Shown in pieces: positions 1 through 10,366 of a DNA stretch of 64,000 nucleotides (the stretch's first letter is position 1; the number at the start of each line of letters is the position of its first letter). A program made the translations under genes and the position numbers. Below the pieces are notes generated by a model. The model was not told the DNA's origin. It saw nothing but the letters and a program-made list of their open reading frames with translations, and did no database searches. The stretch is from an uncultured candidate division Zixibacteria bacterium. Its GTDB lineage: Bacteria; Zixibacteria; MSB-5A5; UBA10806; 4484-95. The stretch covers positions 128,001-192,000 of the forward strand of contig CAXXKA010000001.1 in NCBI GenBank assembly GCA_963668625.2. The letters are read 5' to 3'.

Positions 1-1842
1 GATGCTGTTTCCGACTATCAAATCGATATCTGAATTGTCCTGAATCGGGCCGTCGATAGCGGTAGTTGATGTCAACTCCTGCGAGACGCCGTTGATATAT
101 ATGTTAACCTCGTTGATAGCATCATAGCTGACAGCTATATGTTGCCACTGATCGAGCGTTATCGAGTTCTCCGGAGTATTGATAAATCCGCCGGCGCCGC
201 CGGAGTCCCTGAAATAAAACACGAGACTGTGACTATTTAAACCGCCATGATCATAAAGGGACAACTCTATATAGTTTTTATCGAGAATGCTACCCATACC
301 CATCGAGATGTTCTCGCCCCAGCCGTAAGGATGTATCCAGGCCTCGATAGTAAACGGCCCGATTAAGTTCATCGATTCGGAAGCCGGGCTGCTGACATAG
401 CTGACTTCGCCATCGAACTCCAACGCGCTTTGGCCGTCGAATACGCGAACGTAATCCTCGTAAGTAGTCTCGGTAGAATGAATACCATCCGATATTTTGA
501 GCCTTACCGAGTAATTGCCGGGAGATGTATATTCGTGAGCAGGGTTTTGATCGTATGAATCGGTCACACCATCGTTGTCGAAATCCCATTCCCATGAACT
601 GGCGTTACCAAGCGATTGATCGGTGAAATTAACCTCATGCGGAGCATGGCCCGAGGGAGTATCCACCGCAAATGATGACTCGAGGTTCGACAGCATCATT
701 ACGAAAATATCGAACGCTCCATTGCCCCGGGCATTGGTTTGGCCCGCGACAAGGTAGCCGTTGCTAATCTCGCAGATATCATCAGCCCAACTGGAGCCGG
801 GTGTATCTATGGTCGTACTCCAAAGCTCGTTGCCCGTGGAATCGATTTTGATCAGGTGAACGTTATTGCCATTGATAGTTGATTTCGTTACCCCGCAAAG
901 AATATAGCCGCCGTCGCTTGTCTGTACGGCGTCCCTGCCGAAATCGTAAAATGTACTTACTCCAAGAAGCTGCTGCCAGCGGAAACTGCCGTCGCTTTCG
1001 ACCTTGATAGCATTAAAATCATAAATTTCCCGGTTGTGACGGCTGGCATGTCCAACCAGTAAATATCCGCCGTCATCAGTGCGGATTATGGAATGGCACC
1101 AGTCATGGTTGAGGTTGAGATCGGAACCGTATGTGCCCATATCGTATATATCGCCGTCGCTATCGATCCAGGTCAAATAACTGTCGCGGTTATCCGTACC
1201 GCCGGGGGAGGTTTTAGTGCCTCCGAAAACATAGTTGCCGCCCAGTTGGAATATGGCGTCTCCCGAGGTGGATCCTAAACCATCATAGATATCACTCCAT
1301 TCCTCGTTGCCGTTCGAATCTACCTTGATGATATAGGTATCGTGTTCGCCCAGCTCATCACTTTCGGCCCAGCCGCTTATTATATAACCGCCATCCGAGG
1401 TTTGAATAACATCCTGGCCGATCTCCTCGACAGCGGTTCCATATGTAGCTTGCCATTCCTGAATACCGGAGGAGTTGATTTTTAGCAGGTAAACATCCTT
1501 GCCGCCCGTACCGAATGAACTGGTGTATCCGACTATGACATAGCCGCCATCTCCGGTTTGCCTGACACGGTTGGCATAGTCTCGTAATGCGCCACCGTAG
1601 GTATAGCTGTTTAACTCGTTGCCGAAAGCATCGATTTTGACCAGTAATATATCCGAACTGCCATTGCCTTCCGAAAAAGTATAGCCGGCGAGAACCGCGC
1701 CGCCATCGCTGGTGGGGCAAATGGATCTAGCGCCCTCGGACAGCGAATCGCCGATAGTGATAGTCCAGACGGTATCGAGCTGGGCGAAACAGGGTGTTGC
1801 CATGATGAATATCACCAGTATCGTTCTTAGAATTTTACTCAT
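1..1842 (-). CDS. Large secreted protein, 3'-truncated by the window: propeller-like repeats, PKD domain, LamG/concanavalin-like domain
   Basis: Not in the ORF track because it runs off the edge. ATG at 1842 overlaps the upstream gene's stop. Signal peptide MSKILRTILVIFIMATPCFAQ; repeated DGGYI/L motifs; PKD motif GHAPHEVNFTDQSLGNASSWEWDFDNDG; LamG motifs FTIEAWIHP and WQHIAVSYD. Confidence 0.8.
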   Translation of the reverse strand, partial: MSKILRTILVIFIMATPCFAQLDTVWTITIGDSLSEGARSICPTSDGGAVLAGYTFSEGNGSSDILLVKIDAFGNELNSYTYGGALRDYANRVRQTGDGGYVIVGYTSSFGTGGKDVYLLKINSSGIQEWQATYGTAVEEIGQDVIQTSDGGYIISGWAESDELGEHDTYIIKVDSNGNEEWSDIYDGLGSTSGDAIFQLGGNYVFGGTKTSPGGTDNRDSYLTWIDSDGDIYDMGTYGSDLNLNHDWCHSIIRTDDGGYLLVGHASRHNREIYDFNAIKVESDGSFRWQQLLGVSTFYDFGRDAVQTSDGGYILCGVTKSTINGNNVHLIKIDSTGNELWSTTIDTPGSSWADDICEISNGYLVAGQTNARGNGAFDIFVMMLSNLESSFAVDTPSGHAPHEVNFTDQSLGNASSWEWDFDNDGVTDSYDQNPAHEYTSPGNYSVRLKISDGIHSTETTYEDYVRVFDGQSALEFDGEVSYVSSPASESMNLIGPFTIEAWIHPYGWGENISMGMGSILDKNYIELSLYDHGGLNSHSLVFYFRDSGGAGGFINTPENSITLDQWQHIAVSYDAINEVNIYINGVSQELTSTTAIDGPIQDNSDIDLIVGNSI

Positions 1843-2485
1843 CACTTGCCCCCTCTCTTTCCTGACTGCAGATTTCGACACAATCGGCCACTGCCTGGCA
1901 GTTTTGCGGAGCGAAAAAATCACCGCGCACGCAGGTTACTATATTGCCATCGGTGACAGGTGGAACTCGCACGCCGGCGAAAATAGCTCCTGCCGCTTCG
2001 TACTCCGACCGGTAACTGGGATTGCCGGTGACCGAAACGCCGTCTAAAACATCCGCCGCCGCCAAAACACGCACGCCGGTACAAAACGCCCCGATTGTTA
2101 TATTGGCGGCTACTGCATTTTGGATAAGGGTTAAGGCATCGCTGCTGGCCATCAGGTCAGAGCAAGGATCGTACTGAACCGTCGTGCTCGAGGTGATCAG
2201 AACACAATCGAATTCCGTTACATCATCGATGTCGGAGATAAGTATATCGACATCGATGGACGGGCAGCCGAAAGGTTGAGCGAAAGCGGGGCAGGGTGGA
2301 ACCTGTGCTGTTAAGGCGGTAGTGGTTATGTCCCAGCCTTTCTTTTCGAACTCATCGGCTATCAAATAAAAATTCGCGCCATAGTTATAGGGCAGTATTA
2401 TGAGGGCTTTCACATTACCGTGCGCCTGTGATACCGAGCCGAGTAAAACTATAAACGCAAAAATACACATAAGCAATTTTCTCAT
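1835..2485 (-). CDS. DJ-1/PfpI family protein with signal peptide
   Basis: Nucleophile elbow IGAFCTGVRVLAAADVL and VTDGNIVT; ATG at 2485 follows an AAGGAG RBS. Confidence 0.85.
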   Translation of the reverse strand: MRKLLMCIFAFIVLLGSVSQAHGNVKALIILPYNYGANFYLIADEFEKKGWDITTTALTAQVPPCPAFAQPFGCPSIDVDILISDIDDVTEFDCVLITSSTTVQYDPCSDLMASSDALTLIQNAVAANITIGAFCTGVRVLAAADVLDGVSVTGNPSYRSEYEAAGAIFAGVRVPPVTDGNIVTCVRGDFFAPQNCQAVADCVEICSQEREGASDE

Positions 2486-2885
2486 CGAAACTCCTTTCAA
2501 TTGCGAAATATGAAATTATCAGAGGCGCTTTTCTACGACTGCTGTTTCATTAAGCTAATACGTTTAAACAAATATTATGATACGCGCTACGCTCCATCCG
2601 TGGGTTATTTCTACTCGTTTCACTTTTAATACAATCGAGTATTTTATTTATTCCGTTCGATTTTCATATCGAGAGTTAAATGGCCTATTGACATTATACA
2701 CCCTCGGTCATTTCGATAAACTTTACGAAAACAGTCACCATGAAAAGAAAAAACCCGAGCTTATCGTTAAAAAACATATACTCAGGTAAGAGAGGCAGTC
2801 ATGCGAGAGTGAGAGGCACTCTGGTTATAGAGTTGTTGCACTCATGATACAATTGTAGTCAGGATTTATTCCGTTAATATTTTGG

Positions 2886-3803
2886 CTAAATTAATCCCCG
2901 GCCGGAAAGTTTCAGAAAAACATCCTCCAAGTTAGCGGGACGTTTTAACAGGCCTTTAGGTTTGAACTTGCTCAATTCGGCAACGATAGGATCGCCATCA
3001 TTGGTGTAGATATAAGCCTTATCACCGGTAAATTCGACCCTGCCTTTTTCACCGACAATACCGGGCAAAGCCTCGATCAATTCTCGATCTGGATCGATAA
3101 GCTCGATAGCCTCGATGCCGATATGCTCTTTTATGAGATGCTCGGGAGTACCTCGCGCGATAATTTTGCCCTGATCCATCATTAAAAGCCTGTCGCAGAG
3201 TTGCGCCGCCTCATCCATGTAATGAGTGGTGAGAATGATCGTGATACCTGATTTTTTCAGGGCTCTCAGTTTTTGCCATACCAGGTGACGGGCCTGGGGA
3301 TCGAGGCCGGTAGTAGGTTCATCAAGAATGAGTATTTTCGGATTATTGATAAGCCCCCGGATAATCATCAACCTGCGTTTCATACCGCCCGATAGCTCCT
3401 CGATTATCACATCCTTTTTATCCTCGAGCGACATCATTTCGATCAGCTTATCGGCCCGGGGGGAGGATTCTTTTTCCGGGATATCGAAATAGCGTCCATA
3501 AGTCAACAGGTTTTCTTTTACATTCAAATCGGGATCGAGCGAGTCCTCTTGCTGCACCACGCCCAAAATCTTTTTCACCCCGCGGGGATATTTCATGACA
3601 TCCAGGCCATCCACCTCCAGAAGGCCGCTATCGGGCAAGATAAAACAGTAGATCATTTTCATGGTGGTAGTTTTACCGGCGCCGTTGGGCCCTAAGAAAC
3701 CGAAAGTCTCGCCCTCGGTAATCTCGAACTCGATATGATCGACGGCTGTTAGATCTTTATATTGCTTATACAGCTTTGAGGCTTTGATAATCGATTCAGG
3801 CAT
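2886..3803 (-). CDS. ABC transporter ATP-binding protein (NodI/DrrA-like)
   Basis: Walker A GPNGAGKTT, signature LSGGMKRR, Walker B ILILDEPT, C-terminal LEDVFLKL. Confidence 0.92.
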   Translation of the reverse strand: MPESIIKASKLYKQYKDLTAVDHIEFEITEGETFGFLGPNGAGKTTTMKMIYCFILPDSGLLEVDGLDVMKYPRGVKKILGVVQQEDSLDPDLNVKENLLTYGRYFDIPEKESSPRADKLIEMMSLEDKKDVIIEELSGGMKRRLMIIRGLINNPKILILDEPTTGLDPQARHLVWQKLRALKKSGITIILTTHYMDEAAQLCDRLLMMDQGKIIARGTPEHLIKEHIGIEAIELIDPDRELIEALPGIVGEKGRVEFTGDKAYIYTNDGDPIVAELSKFKPKGLLKRPANLEDVFLKLSGRGLI

Positions 3804-4791
3804 TGGAAAACAGGTTCAACTCCTCTATCGCGTACTGCGCGATTTTGTTGCGATTGGCGAGTGTGGCTTTTATCGCGTTATAACCTCGGTATTTCAAATC
3901 CTCGACTATATCCTTGAAACCGAACAGGCAGTAAATCACTTTCGGCTTTGCCATCTCGATATAGTTGATCAAATCATTATACGAGGCGTGATCGGAAAGC
4001 GGAATCAGCTTATCGACATAAGGTAATCGTATATAGCCCGGGTACAACGCCCAGCCGGAAACGAAACAGGTGCGCTTGCGATAGGCAGGGAAGAGGTCGT
4101 GCAAATTCTTATACGAGGGCGGCAATACCAGTGCGCCGTTTTCCGGGTAACTATCGCTTAGCTCGTGGAAATTGTCTATTTTGACGTCATATTTATTGTG
4201 TATCTCGGCGTTAAGCACGGCCTGAGGCACGCCGTACGTATGAAAGCCCTCATCACCGAGGATTTTCATCACCTCCTGCGCCTTACCGGTGCTATAAGCG
4301 AATATCACCGGTATATCTCCCTTGTACAGAGCCGCCTCTACGAATTCCAGCAATTGTTGTTTGATATAGCCGTAGTCCGGAAACTCGAAACGTTTGCTAC
4401 CGAAAGTGGTATCGATAAACAATACGTCGCATTCGTGAATCTCGGCCTGTTTGCAAGTATCGTTCGGGCTTAGTTTAAAGTCACCGGTATATACTACCCG
4501 GTAACCCTGGTAGTCGATAACGAACTGTGCCGAGCCGAGAATATGCCCGGCCGGTTCGGGTCTTAAAGTCGCGCCATCGAAATTGTAGCTTTTGCCGAAC
4601 TCCATAGGCACGCCATGAAAATCGCCGATCATATTATGCGTAAGCTCCAGAGTCGGCGGTGTGGCGAATATGGTCTTATGTTTTTTTACATGATCGGAGT
4701 GAGCGTGCGTGACCGCTGCCGCCGGTTTCACCCGCGTCGGGTCAAGTATAAGCTCCTCACCGATGTTTATTCCGCAGTTGAGTTCTATCAA
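3796..4791 (-). CDS. MBL-fold/beta-CASP nuclease-like protein
   Basis: THAHSDH, AGHILGSA, YTGDF, DTTF and LSDHA motifs. Confidence 0.85.
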   Translation of the reverse strand: MIELNCGINIGEELILDPTRVKPAAAVTHAHSDHVKKHKTIFATPPTLELTHNMIGDFHGVPMEFGKSYNFDGATLRPEPAGHILGSAQFVIDYQGYRVVYTGDFKLSPNDTCKQAEIHECDVLFIDTTFGSKRFEFPDYGYIKQQLLEFVEAALYKGDIPVIFAYSTGKAQEVMKILGDEGFHTYGVPQAVLNAEIHNKYDVKIDNFHELSDSYPENGALVLPPSYKNLHDLFPAYRKRTCFVSGWALYPGYIRLPYVDKLIPLSDHASYNDLINYIEMAKPKVIYCLFGFKDIVEDLKYRGYNAIKATLANRNKIAQYAIEELNLFSNA

Positions 4792-5282
4792 AGCTTATAA
4801 CCAATATCACGAAGGAATATTTTCCGGGCTTTTCTCTGGGCGTCATTTTCGACTCCCTTCGGCGGGAAACCATCGATTACGCCTAAAACGGCGCCGCCTT
4901 GCTCTTTCCTGGTGACTACGACCTGAATCGGATTGGCGGTGGCGCAATAGAGCCTGACAATCTCGGGCACATTCTTGATAGCCGGAAGAAAATTCAACGG
5001 GAACGCATCCCTTAAAAAGATAATGAAACTGTGACCGCAGCCTATTTCCATTAGGGCGTCGGCGGCTAGTTTCACCAGGTCCTTATCGTTGCCCTCGGTG
5101 CGTATCAGGCATTCCTGCGAGGCCTCGGAGAAGGCTATGCCGAATTTGACACTGGTACTGTTATTGACCATCACCTCGTACAGGTCCTCGGCGGTCTTGA
5201 TAAAATGAGAATGCCCGAAAATGACATTACAGCCCTCGGGAATATTTATTGCGACGGTACTGATATCCATATTAGCCTCCAT
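4788..5282 (-). CDS. Adenosine-specific kinase family protein (DUF355)
   Basis: GHSHFIKTAEDL, FGIAFSEAS, CATANP and GVIDG motifs. Confidence 0.85.
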   Translation of the reverse strand: MEANMDISTVAINIPEGCNVIFGHSHFIKTAEDLYEVMVNNSTSVKFGIAFSEASQECLIRTEGNDKDLVKLAADALMEIGCGHSFIIFLRDAFPLNFLPAIKNVPEIVRLYCATANPIQVVVTRKEQGGAVLGVIDGFPPKGVENDAQRKARKIFLRDIGYKL

Positions 5283-5303
5283 CGTTATTTTCTATATTGA
5301 TAT

Positions 5304-6275
5304 TTAATTGGATAGAGATAAAATTTCAATAGCTTTTTGAAAATCCTCCGGCAAATTGCTCTCGAAACTCATCTCTTTCTGCTTTCGGGGATGCATGAAA
5401 GTCAGTTTCTGGGCGTGAAGCGCCTGTGTTTCCAGTGTCCTCAGAAGTGATAATCCCAACTGCTTCTTGGGGCCGGTGAGCCGGGTAACCGATTTGGAAC
5501 GACCGCCGTAGGCCGGATCGCCGACTACAGGATTACCGTAATGGGAGAGATGCACCCTTATTTGATGAGTTCTGCCGGTTTCGAGCTTAACTCTAAGCAG
5601 CTCGGCTATGTTGAATGTGTGTATCACCTTAAAATGCGTGACCGCATCCCGGGCTTTCGTGCCGTATACTTTCATTACCTTACGATCACTGGGCGAGCGT
5701 CCCATCGGCAAATCGATAGTGCCCTCCGCCTGCGGCATCTTTCCCCAGACCAGGGCGGCGTATTCGCGCTTGATAGTACGCTTCTTCATCATTTTCTGTA
5801 AAGTTGCAAGCATCTGCTCTGTTTTGGCGATTACCAGCAATCCAGATGTATCCTTGTCCAGGCGATGTACCAGGCCGGGTCTGAGTTTATCCGAAAAATC
5901 AGCTAATCCCTTGAAATGATATAATAGCCCGTTTATCAGGGTACCATCGTAATTACCTGCTGCCGGGTGGCAGACAACACCGGCCTGCTTGTTGACAATC
6001 AGCAGGTATTCATCCTCATAAACGATATCAAGCGGGATATCCTCAGGCTCGGCTTCCAGTGGCGGGGGCGCAACCATTTCGATAACTATTTGATCGCCGG
6101 GTTTGACTTTATACGAGGGCTTTAATTGCTTGCCGTTTAAAGTGATATATCCGCCTGAGGCTAGCTTGGTGAAATGACTTCGGGTGTGATCGAAAACCTT
6201 GCGCGCGCAGAATATATCGAGCCTGTTACCGGCCTCATTCTCCGGCACTGTCAGTTTTAAGATCGGATCGTCCAT
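5304..6275 (-). CDS. rluD: RluA-family pseudouridine synthase (RluD-like)
   Basis: N-terminal S4-like domain, VHRLDKDTSG, TGRTHQIRVH. Confidence 0.9.
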   Translation of the reverse strand: MDDPILKLTVPENEAGNRLDIFCARKVFDHTRSHFTKLASGGYITLNGKQLKPSYKVKPGDQIVIEMVAPPPLEAEPEDIPLDIVYEDEYLLIVNKQAGVVCHPAAGNYDGTLINGLLYHFKGLADFSDKLRPGLVHRLDKDTSGLLVIAKTEQMLATLQKMMKKRTIKREYAALVWGKMPQAEGTIDLPMGRSPSDRKVMKVYGTKARDAVTHFKVIHTFNIAELLRVKLETGRTHQIRVHLSHYGNPVVGDPAYGGRSKSVTRLTGPKKQLGLSLLRTLETQALHAQKLTFMHPRKQKEMSFESNLPEDFQKAIEILSLSN

Positions 6276-6834
6276 TTGTTGCTTCTTCGCTGGCTTTTTC
6301 GCCTAACAATTGATGTCCCAATTTATCCTGTATCAGGAGGTATATTATAAATCCTAGAAGTCCAAGCGTGATCGCAGCATCAGCGATATTGAATACGTAC
6401 CATCGGTAAAGTTGGAAACCGGTAAACTCCAGGCCCAAAAAGCTAAATGAGGGAATAGTGACATCAATAGTGTTAATATCGATGAAATCGATTACCTGCC
6501 CGTAAGATATCCTGTCTATCTGGTTGCCTAACGCTCCGCCTACCACGAATGCCAGGCAGTATTTGGCAATTTTATCGGTGGATGGCACTTTAACGAAATA
6601 AATTATCACGATGACAACCGCCAGCATAGAGATAATAGTGTAAACCCAGAAATTACCTATATTTATGCCAAAAGCGCCGCCTGGATTGTAAACGAATGTA
6701 AAGCGTAGAAAATCACCAAGTATCTGTATCGTTTCGCCCGGCACGAATTTGGCATGAATATAAAGCTTGCTCAGTTGATCAATAAGAATGACTGACACAA
6801 TGCTTATAAGGTAAGGACGATACTCAGGCCTCAC
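6235..6834 (-). CDS. lspA: Lipoprotein signal peptidase II
   Basis: NPGGAFG, GGALGNQIDR, VIDFID and FNIAD motifs with TM segments. Confidence 0.93.
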   Translation of the reverse strand: MRPEYRPYLISIVSVILIDQLSKLYIHAKFVPGETIQILGDFLRFTFVYNPGGAFGINIGNFWVYTIISMLAVVIVIIYFVKVPSTDKIAKYCLAFVVGGALGNQIDRISYGQVIDFIDINTIDVTIPSFSFLGLEFTGFQLYRWYVFNIADAAITLGLLGFIIYLLIQDKLGHQLLGEKASEEATNGRSDLKTDSAGE

Positions 6835-7210
6835 GAGCTTTTCTAATCTCCTCGGCTTCTTTGCATTTTATACACATTCGGGCATGAGGAACAGCTTTCA
6901 GTCGAGCTGCACCTATAGGTTTCCCGCATTCCACACAGTTGCCGTACTTGCCGTCCCGTATGCGGCGCAGGGCCTCATCGATATGATACAGCAGCCGTCC
7001 CGATTTCGAGGCGAACATGAAAGCCTTCTCGCGTTCCATTGCGTCAGTGCCCTGATCAGCCATATGATAGGAATAGGATGACAGATCGCCCGAGCTCTCC
7101 TTAGTGGTGTTATCCAGCGAGGTTTTTCGGATAGCGCCCATGTCTTCGATCAACTGACGTCTTTTATCCAAGAGAAGTCTCTCGTACTTCTTATAGTCAT
7201 CCTTCTTCAC
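6824..7210 (-). CDS. dksA: TraR/DksA C4 zinc-finger protein
   Basis: HMADQGTD coiled-coil tip and CVEC...CIKC finger. Confidence 0.85.
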   Translation of the reverse strand: MKKDDYKKYERLLLDKRRQLIEDMGAIRKTSLDNTTKESSGDLSSYSYHMADQGTDAMEREKAFMFASKSGRLLYHIDEALRRIRDGKYGNCVECGKPIGAARLKAVPHARMCIKCKEAEEIRKAREA

Positions 7211-7229
7211 ATTTAACTCCGGGATAAAG

Positions 7230-10200
7230 TTAATTCTTCTCTATCGCTATAACGGTGTCGATACCGTTGATGTTCCATTCCTTCTTGATCGATCTATCGA
7301 TGTTGTTGTCCAGACCGACCGACAGAGTTTCACTTTTAATGTAATCACCGAACATCTTAACCGCTTTATCGATTTCATCCGAGGCGGAAATACCCAGGTT
7401 TATCCTGTCGGTGACCTCAAGACCCCCGTTTTTCCTCATGTTCTGAATCTTGTTGACAAGCTCTCTGGCGAATCCCTCAGCGATTAACGTATCAGTCATC
7501 GTCAGGTCAATAGCCACCTTCAATTGATTATCGGCGGCGGCGGCATAGCCTTCCCTGGGCAGTACTTTAATATGTACTTCCTCGGTAGTCAATGTTTTTT
7601 CCACGCCGTCAAATGATGCTTTTATCGATCCGTTTTGCTGAATCTCCACCGCTTGCTCGGAGGACATATTCCTGATGAACTCACCTACCACGTTTGCCAG
7701 CTTGCCGAATTTTGGGCCGATCTGGCGGAATTGCGGTTCGGTTTTAAATGATATGAAACTACTATCATCACCGGTGAAAGAGATTTCTTTGACATTAAGT
7801 TCCTCGAGGATTACTTGAAATAGATTATCCAGACCTTTTGGTGCGCTACCACTATCGTTGATCACGTATAATTTCTGCAAAGGTTGACGGACTTTAGCAT
7901 TGGCATCCTTACGAGCCGCCCGCCCGAGCCTGACAACGTTTTCCGCAGTTGACATGGCGTAGTCGAGGTCTTTATTGATATGAGCCTCATCGGCAACAGG
8001 GTAGTCGCAGTGATGAACCGATTCGGCGAAACCATCGAAACTCTCGGTCAATCTACGGTAGATATCCTCAGCGAAAAACGGCGCAACCGGTGCGATCAAC
8101 TTGGCGGTATTCATCAGTGACTGATACAACACATGGTACGCCGCCGATTTATCATCGCTCATCTCGGCGCCCCAGAACCGCTTGCGGCTTCTCTTGATCC
8201 ACCAGTTGGAAAGCTCATCCACCACGAAATTCGTGATAATACGGGTAGCACGGGTAAACTCGAATTTCTCGAATGCCTCGTTTGTATCCCTGATCATGCC
8301 ATGCATGCGGGACAACAGCCAGGTATCGATAAGCGGTATATTTTCTGGCATCTTCGAGTGTGGATCGAATTTATCCAATTCAGCATACAACGCGAAAAAC
8401 GAGTAGCTATTCTGCAGTGTGGAGAAAAACCGACGCATCACCTCGAGCAAACCATCCTCATCGAATTTTTTGGGCAACGAAACCTGCGAGCCGCTAAGAA
8501 AATACCAGCGCACGATATCCGCGCCATATTTATCGAAAAGCTCTTTCGGCCGGATGATATTTCCCAGACGTTTGGACATCTTCTTGCCCTCGGTATCCAG
8601 TACCAGGTTATTTACGATACAACGCTTATAACTCGAGGTACCGGTTACGAACGTGCTTATCGCCAGCATCGAATAGAACCAGCCCCTTGTCTGATCGAGT
8701 CCTTCGGCAATAAATTCGGATGGAAAGTAATTACTCTCGAAATCATCCTTATGCTCGAACGGGTAATGAGCCTGACCGTAAGGCATAGAGCCCGAATCGA
8801 ACCAGGCGTCGATTACCTCTTTAACACGGGTAGCCTCGCCGCCACAATGACTGCATTTGATCTTGATATTATCAACATACGGTCGATGCAGATCGATTTC
8901 ATCGTCATCGAGCGGGCTTAACGCCAGCTCTTTAAGTTGCTCTATACTGCCGATTGCGGTCTGTTTCTCGCAGCTTTCACATATCCACACCGGCAGCGGG
9001 GTGCCCCAGTACCGTTCACGCGAAAGCGCCCAATCGATATTATTCTCCAGCCACTCGCCGAAACGTTTCTCACCGATCTCCGGCGGGTACCAGCATATCT
9101 GCTTGTTATTTTCGATCATCTTTTCTTTGAAAGAGGTGGTTTTGATAAACCACGAGCTACGGGCATAATACAGTAGGGGAGAGTCGCATCTCCAGCAGAA
9201 CGGGTAAGTATGCTCGTGCTTTTCGGATTTGTATAGCAACTCGCGAGTACGCAAATCTTTCGTGATATCCGGGTCGGCATCTTTAACGAACTGACCCGCC
9301 CAGGGCGTCACCCTGTCGATGAAATTACCGCGGGTATCTACCGCCTGAAGCACGGGGACATCGTATTTCTTGCCTAGCTCATAGTCATCCGCGCCGAAAG
9401 CGGGCGCACAATGGACGATACCCGAACCATCATCCATGGTCACGAAATCGGCGACCGTGGCGTAATAACCGTTTTCCACGCCCTCGGCCATGAAGGGGAA
9501 CAGTGGTTCGTATGGCGTACGTTCGTAATCCTTCCCCGATTTTTCCTCTACGATCTCGTATTCGCCTTCGAGCACATGCAAGCGAGCTTTAGCCAGGATG
9601 AGATATTGATCGTAATGTTTTACTTTTACGTATGTTTCGTCGGCGGCCAAGGCCACCATGATATTCGAGATCAAGGTCCAGGGAGTGGTTGTCCAGACCA
9701 GGAAAAAGGTGTTATTCTCACCCTTGAGTTTCATCTTTACGAATATCGACGGATCTTTAACCTCTTTATAACCCTGGGCGACCTCGTGTGAGGACAATGC
9801 CGTACCGCAACGCGGACACCAGGGGAGAATCTTATAACCTTTATAAAGCAAATCCTCATCGTGGAATTTTTTCAAAATCCACCAGACAGTTTCAACGTAA
9901 TCGTTGGTATAGGTTATATAAGGGTGATCCAGGTCTATCCAGTAACCCATCTTACGGGTGAAATCGTCCCACTCGGTTTTGTATTTCCAGACAGATTCTC
10001 TGCATTTCTTGTTAAAATTCTCGATTCCGTAATTTTCGATCTCATCTTTATGCTTGATCCCGAGGTCAGCTTCGATTTTCAGCTCCACCGGCAGGCCGTG
10101 AGTATCCCAACCGGCTTTACGCTCGACAAAATGACCGGTCATACTTTTGAATCGGCAGACCGTATCTTTAATCGTGCGGGCTAAAGCGTGATGGATACCG

Positions 10201-10361
10201 GGAAGACCATTAGCCGTGGGCGGGCCCTCGTAAAATACGAAACGCTTGGCGTTCTCTCGTAAGGCCAGCTCTTTTTTGAAAATATCTTTTTCATCCCAAT
10301 ACTTTAAAACATCAGCCTCAAGTTTGGGTTGATCGAAGCTTTTATCATATTGTCGAAACAT
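7230..10361 (-). CDS. ileS: Isoleucine--tRNA ligase (type 2)
   Basis: FYEGPPTANGLPGIHH, GWDTHGLP, WTTTPWTL, EGLDQTRGWFY and KMSKR motifs. Confidence 0.97.
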   Translation of the reverse strand: MFRQYDKSFDQPKLEADVLKYWDEKDIFKKELALRENAKRFVFYEGPPTANGLPGIHHALARTIKDTVCRFKSMTGHFVERKAGWDTHGLPVELKIEADLGIKHKDEIENYGIENFNKKCRESVWKYKTEWDDFTRKMGYWIDLDHPYITYTNDYVETVWWILKKFHDEDLLYKGYKILPWCPRCGTALSSHEVAQGYKEVKDPSIFVKMKLKGENNTFFLVWTTTPWTLISNIMVALAADETYVKVKHYDQYLILAKARLHVLEGEYEIVEEKSGKDYERTPYEPLFPFMAEGVENGYYATVADFVTMDDGSGIVHCAPAFGADDYELGKKYDVPVLQAVDTRGNFIDRVTPWAGQFVKDADPDITKDLRTRELLYKSEKHEHTYPFCWRCDSPLLYYARSSWFIKTTSFKEKMIENNKQICWYPPEIGEKRFGEWLENNIDWALSRERYWGTPLPVWICESCEKQTAIGSIEQLKELALSPLDDDEIDLHRPYVDNIKIKCSHCGGEATRVKEVIDAWFDSGSMPYGQAHYPFEHKDDFESNYFPSEFIAEGLDQTRGWFYSMLAISTFVTGTSSYKRCIVNNLVLDTEGKKMSKRLGNIIRPKELFDKYGADIVRWYFLSGSQVSLPKKFDEDGLLEVMRRFFSTLQNSYSFFALYAELDKFDPHSKMPENIPLIDTWLLSRMHGMIRDTNEAFEKFEFTRATRIITNFVVDELSNWWIKRSRKRFWGAEMSDDKSAAYHVLYQSLMNTAKLIAPVAPFFAEDIYRRLTESFDGFAESVHHCDYPVADEAHINKDLDYAMSTAENVVRLGRAARKDANAKVRQPLQKLYVINDSGSAPKGLDNLFQVILEELNVKEISFTGDDSSFISFKTEPQFRQIGPKFGKLANVVGEFIRNMSSEQAVEIQQNGSIKASFDGVEKTLTTEEVHIKVLPREGYAAAADNQLKVAIDLTMTDTLIAEGFARELVNKIQNMRKNGGLEVTDRINLGISASDEIDKAVKMFGDYIKSETLSVGLDNNIDRSIKKEWNINGIDTVIAIEKN

Positions 10362-10366
10362 TTAAT

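Noticed and set aside
290-1720. Short ORFs listed in the first 1.8 kb and the many antisense ORFs elsewhere
   Set aside because: They are shadow frames of longer, motif-supported genes.
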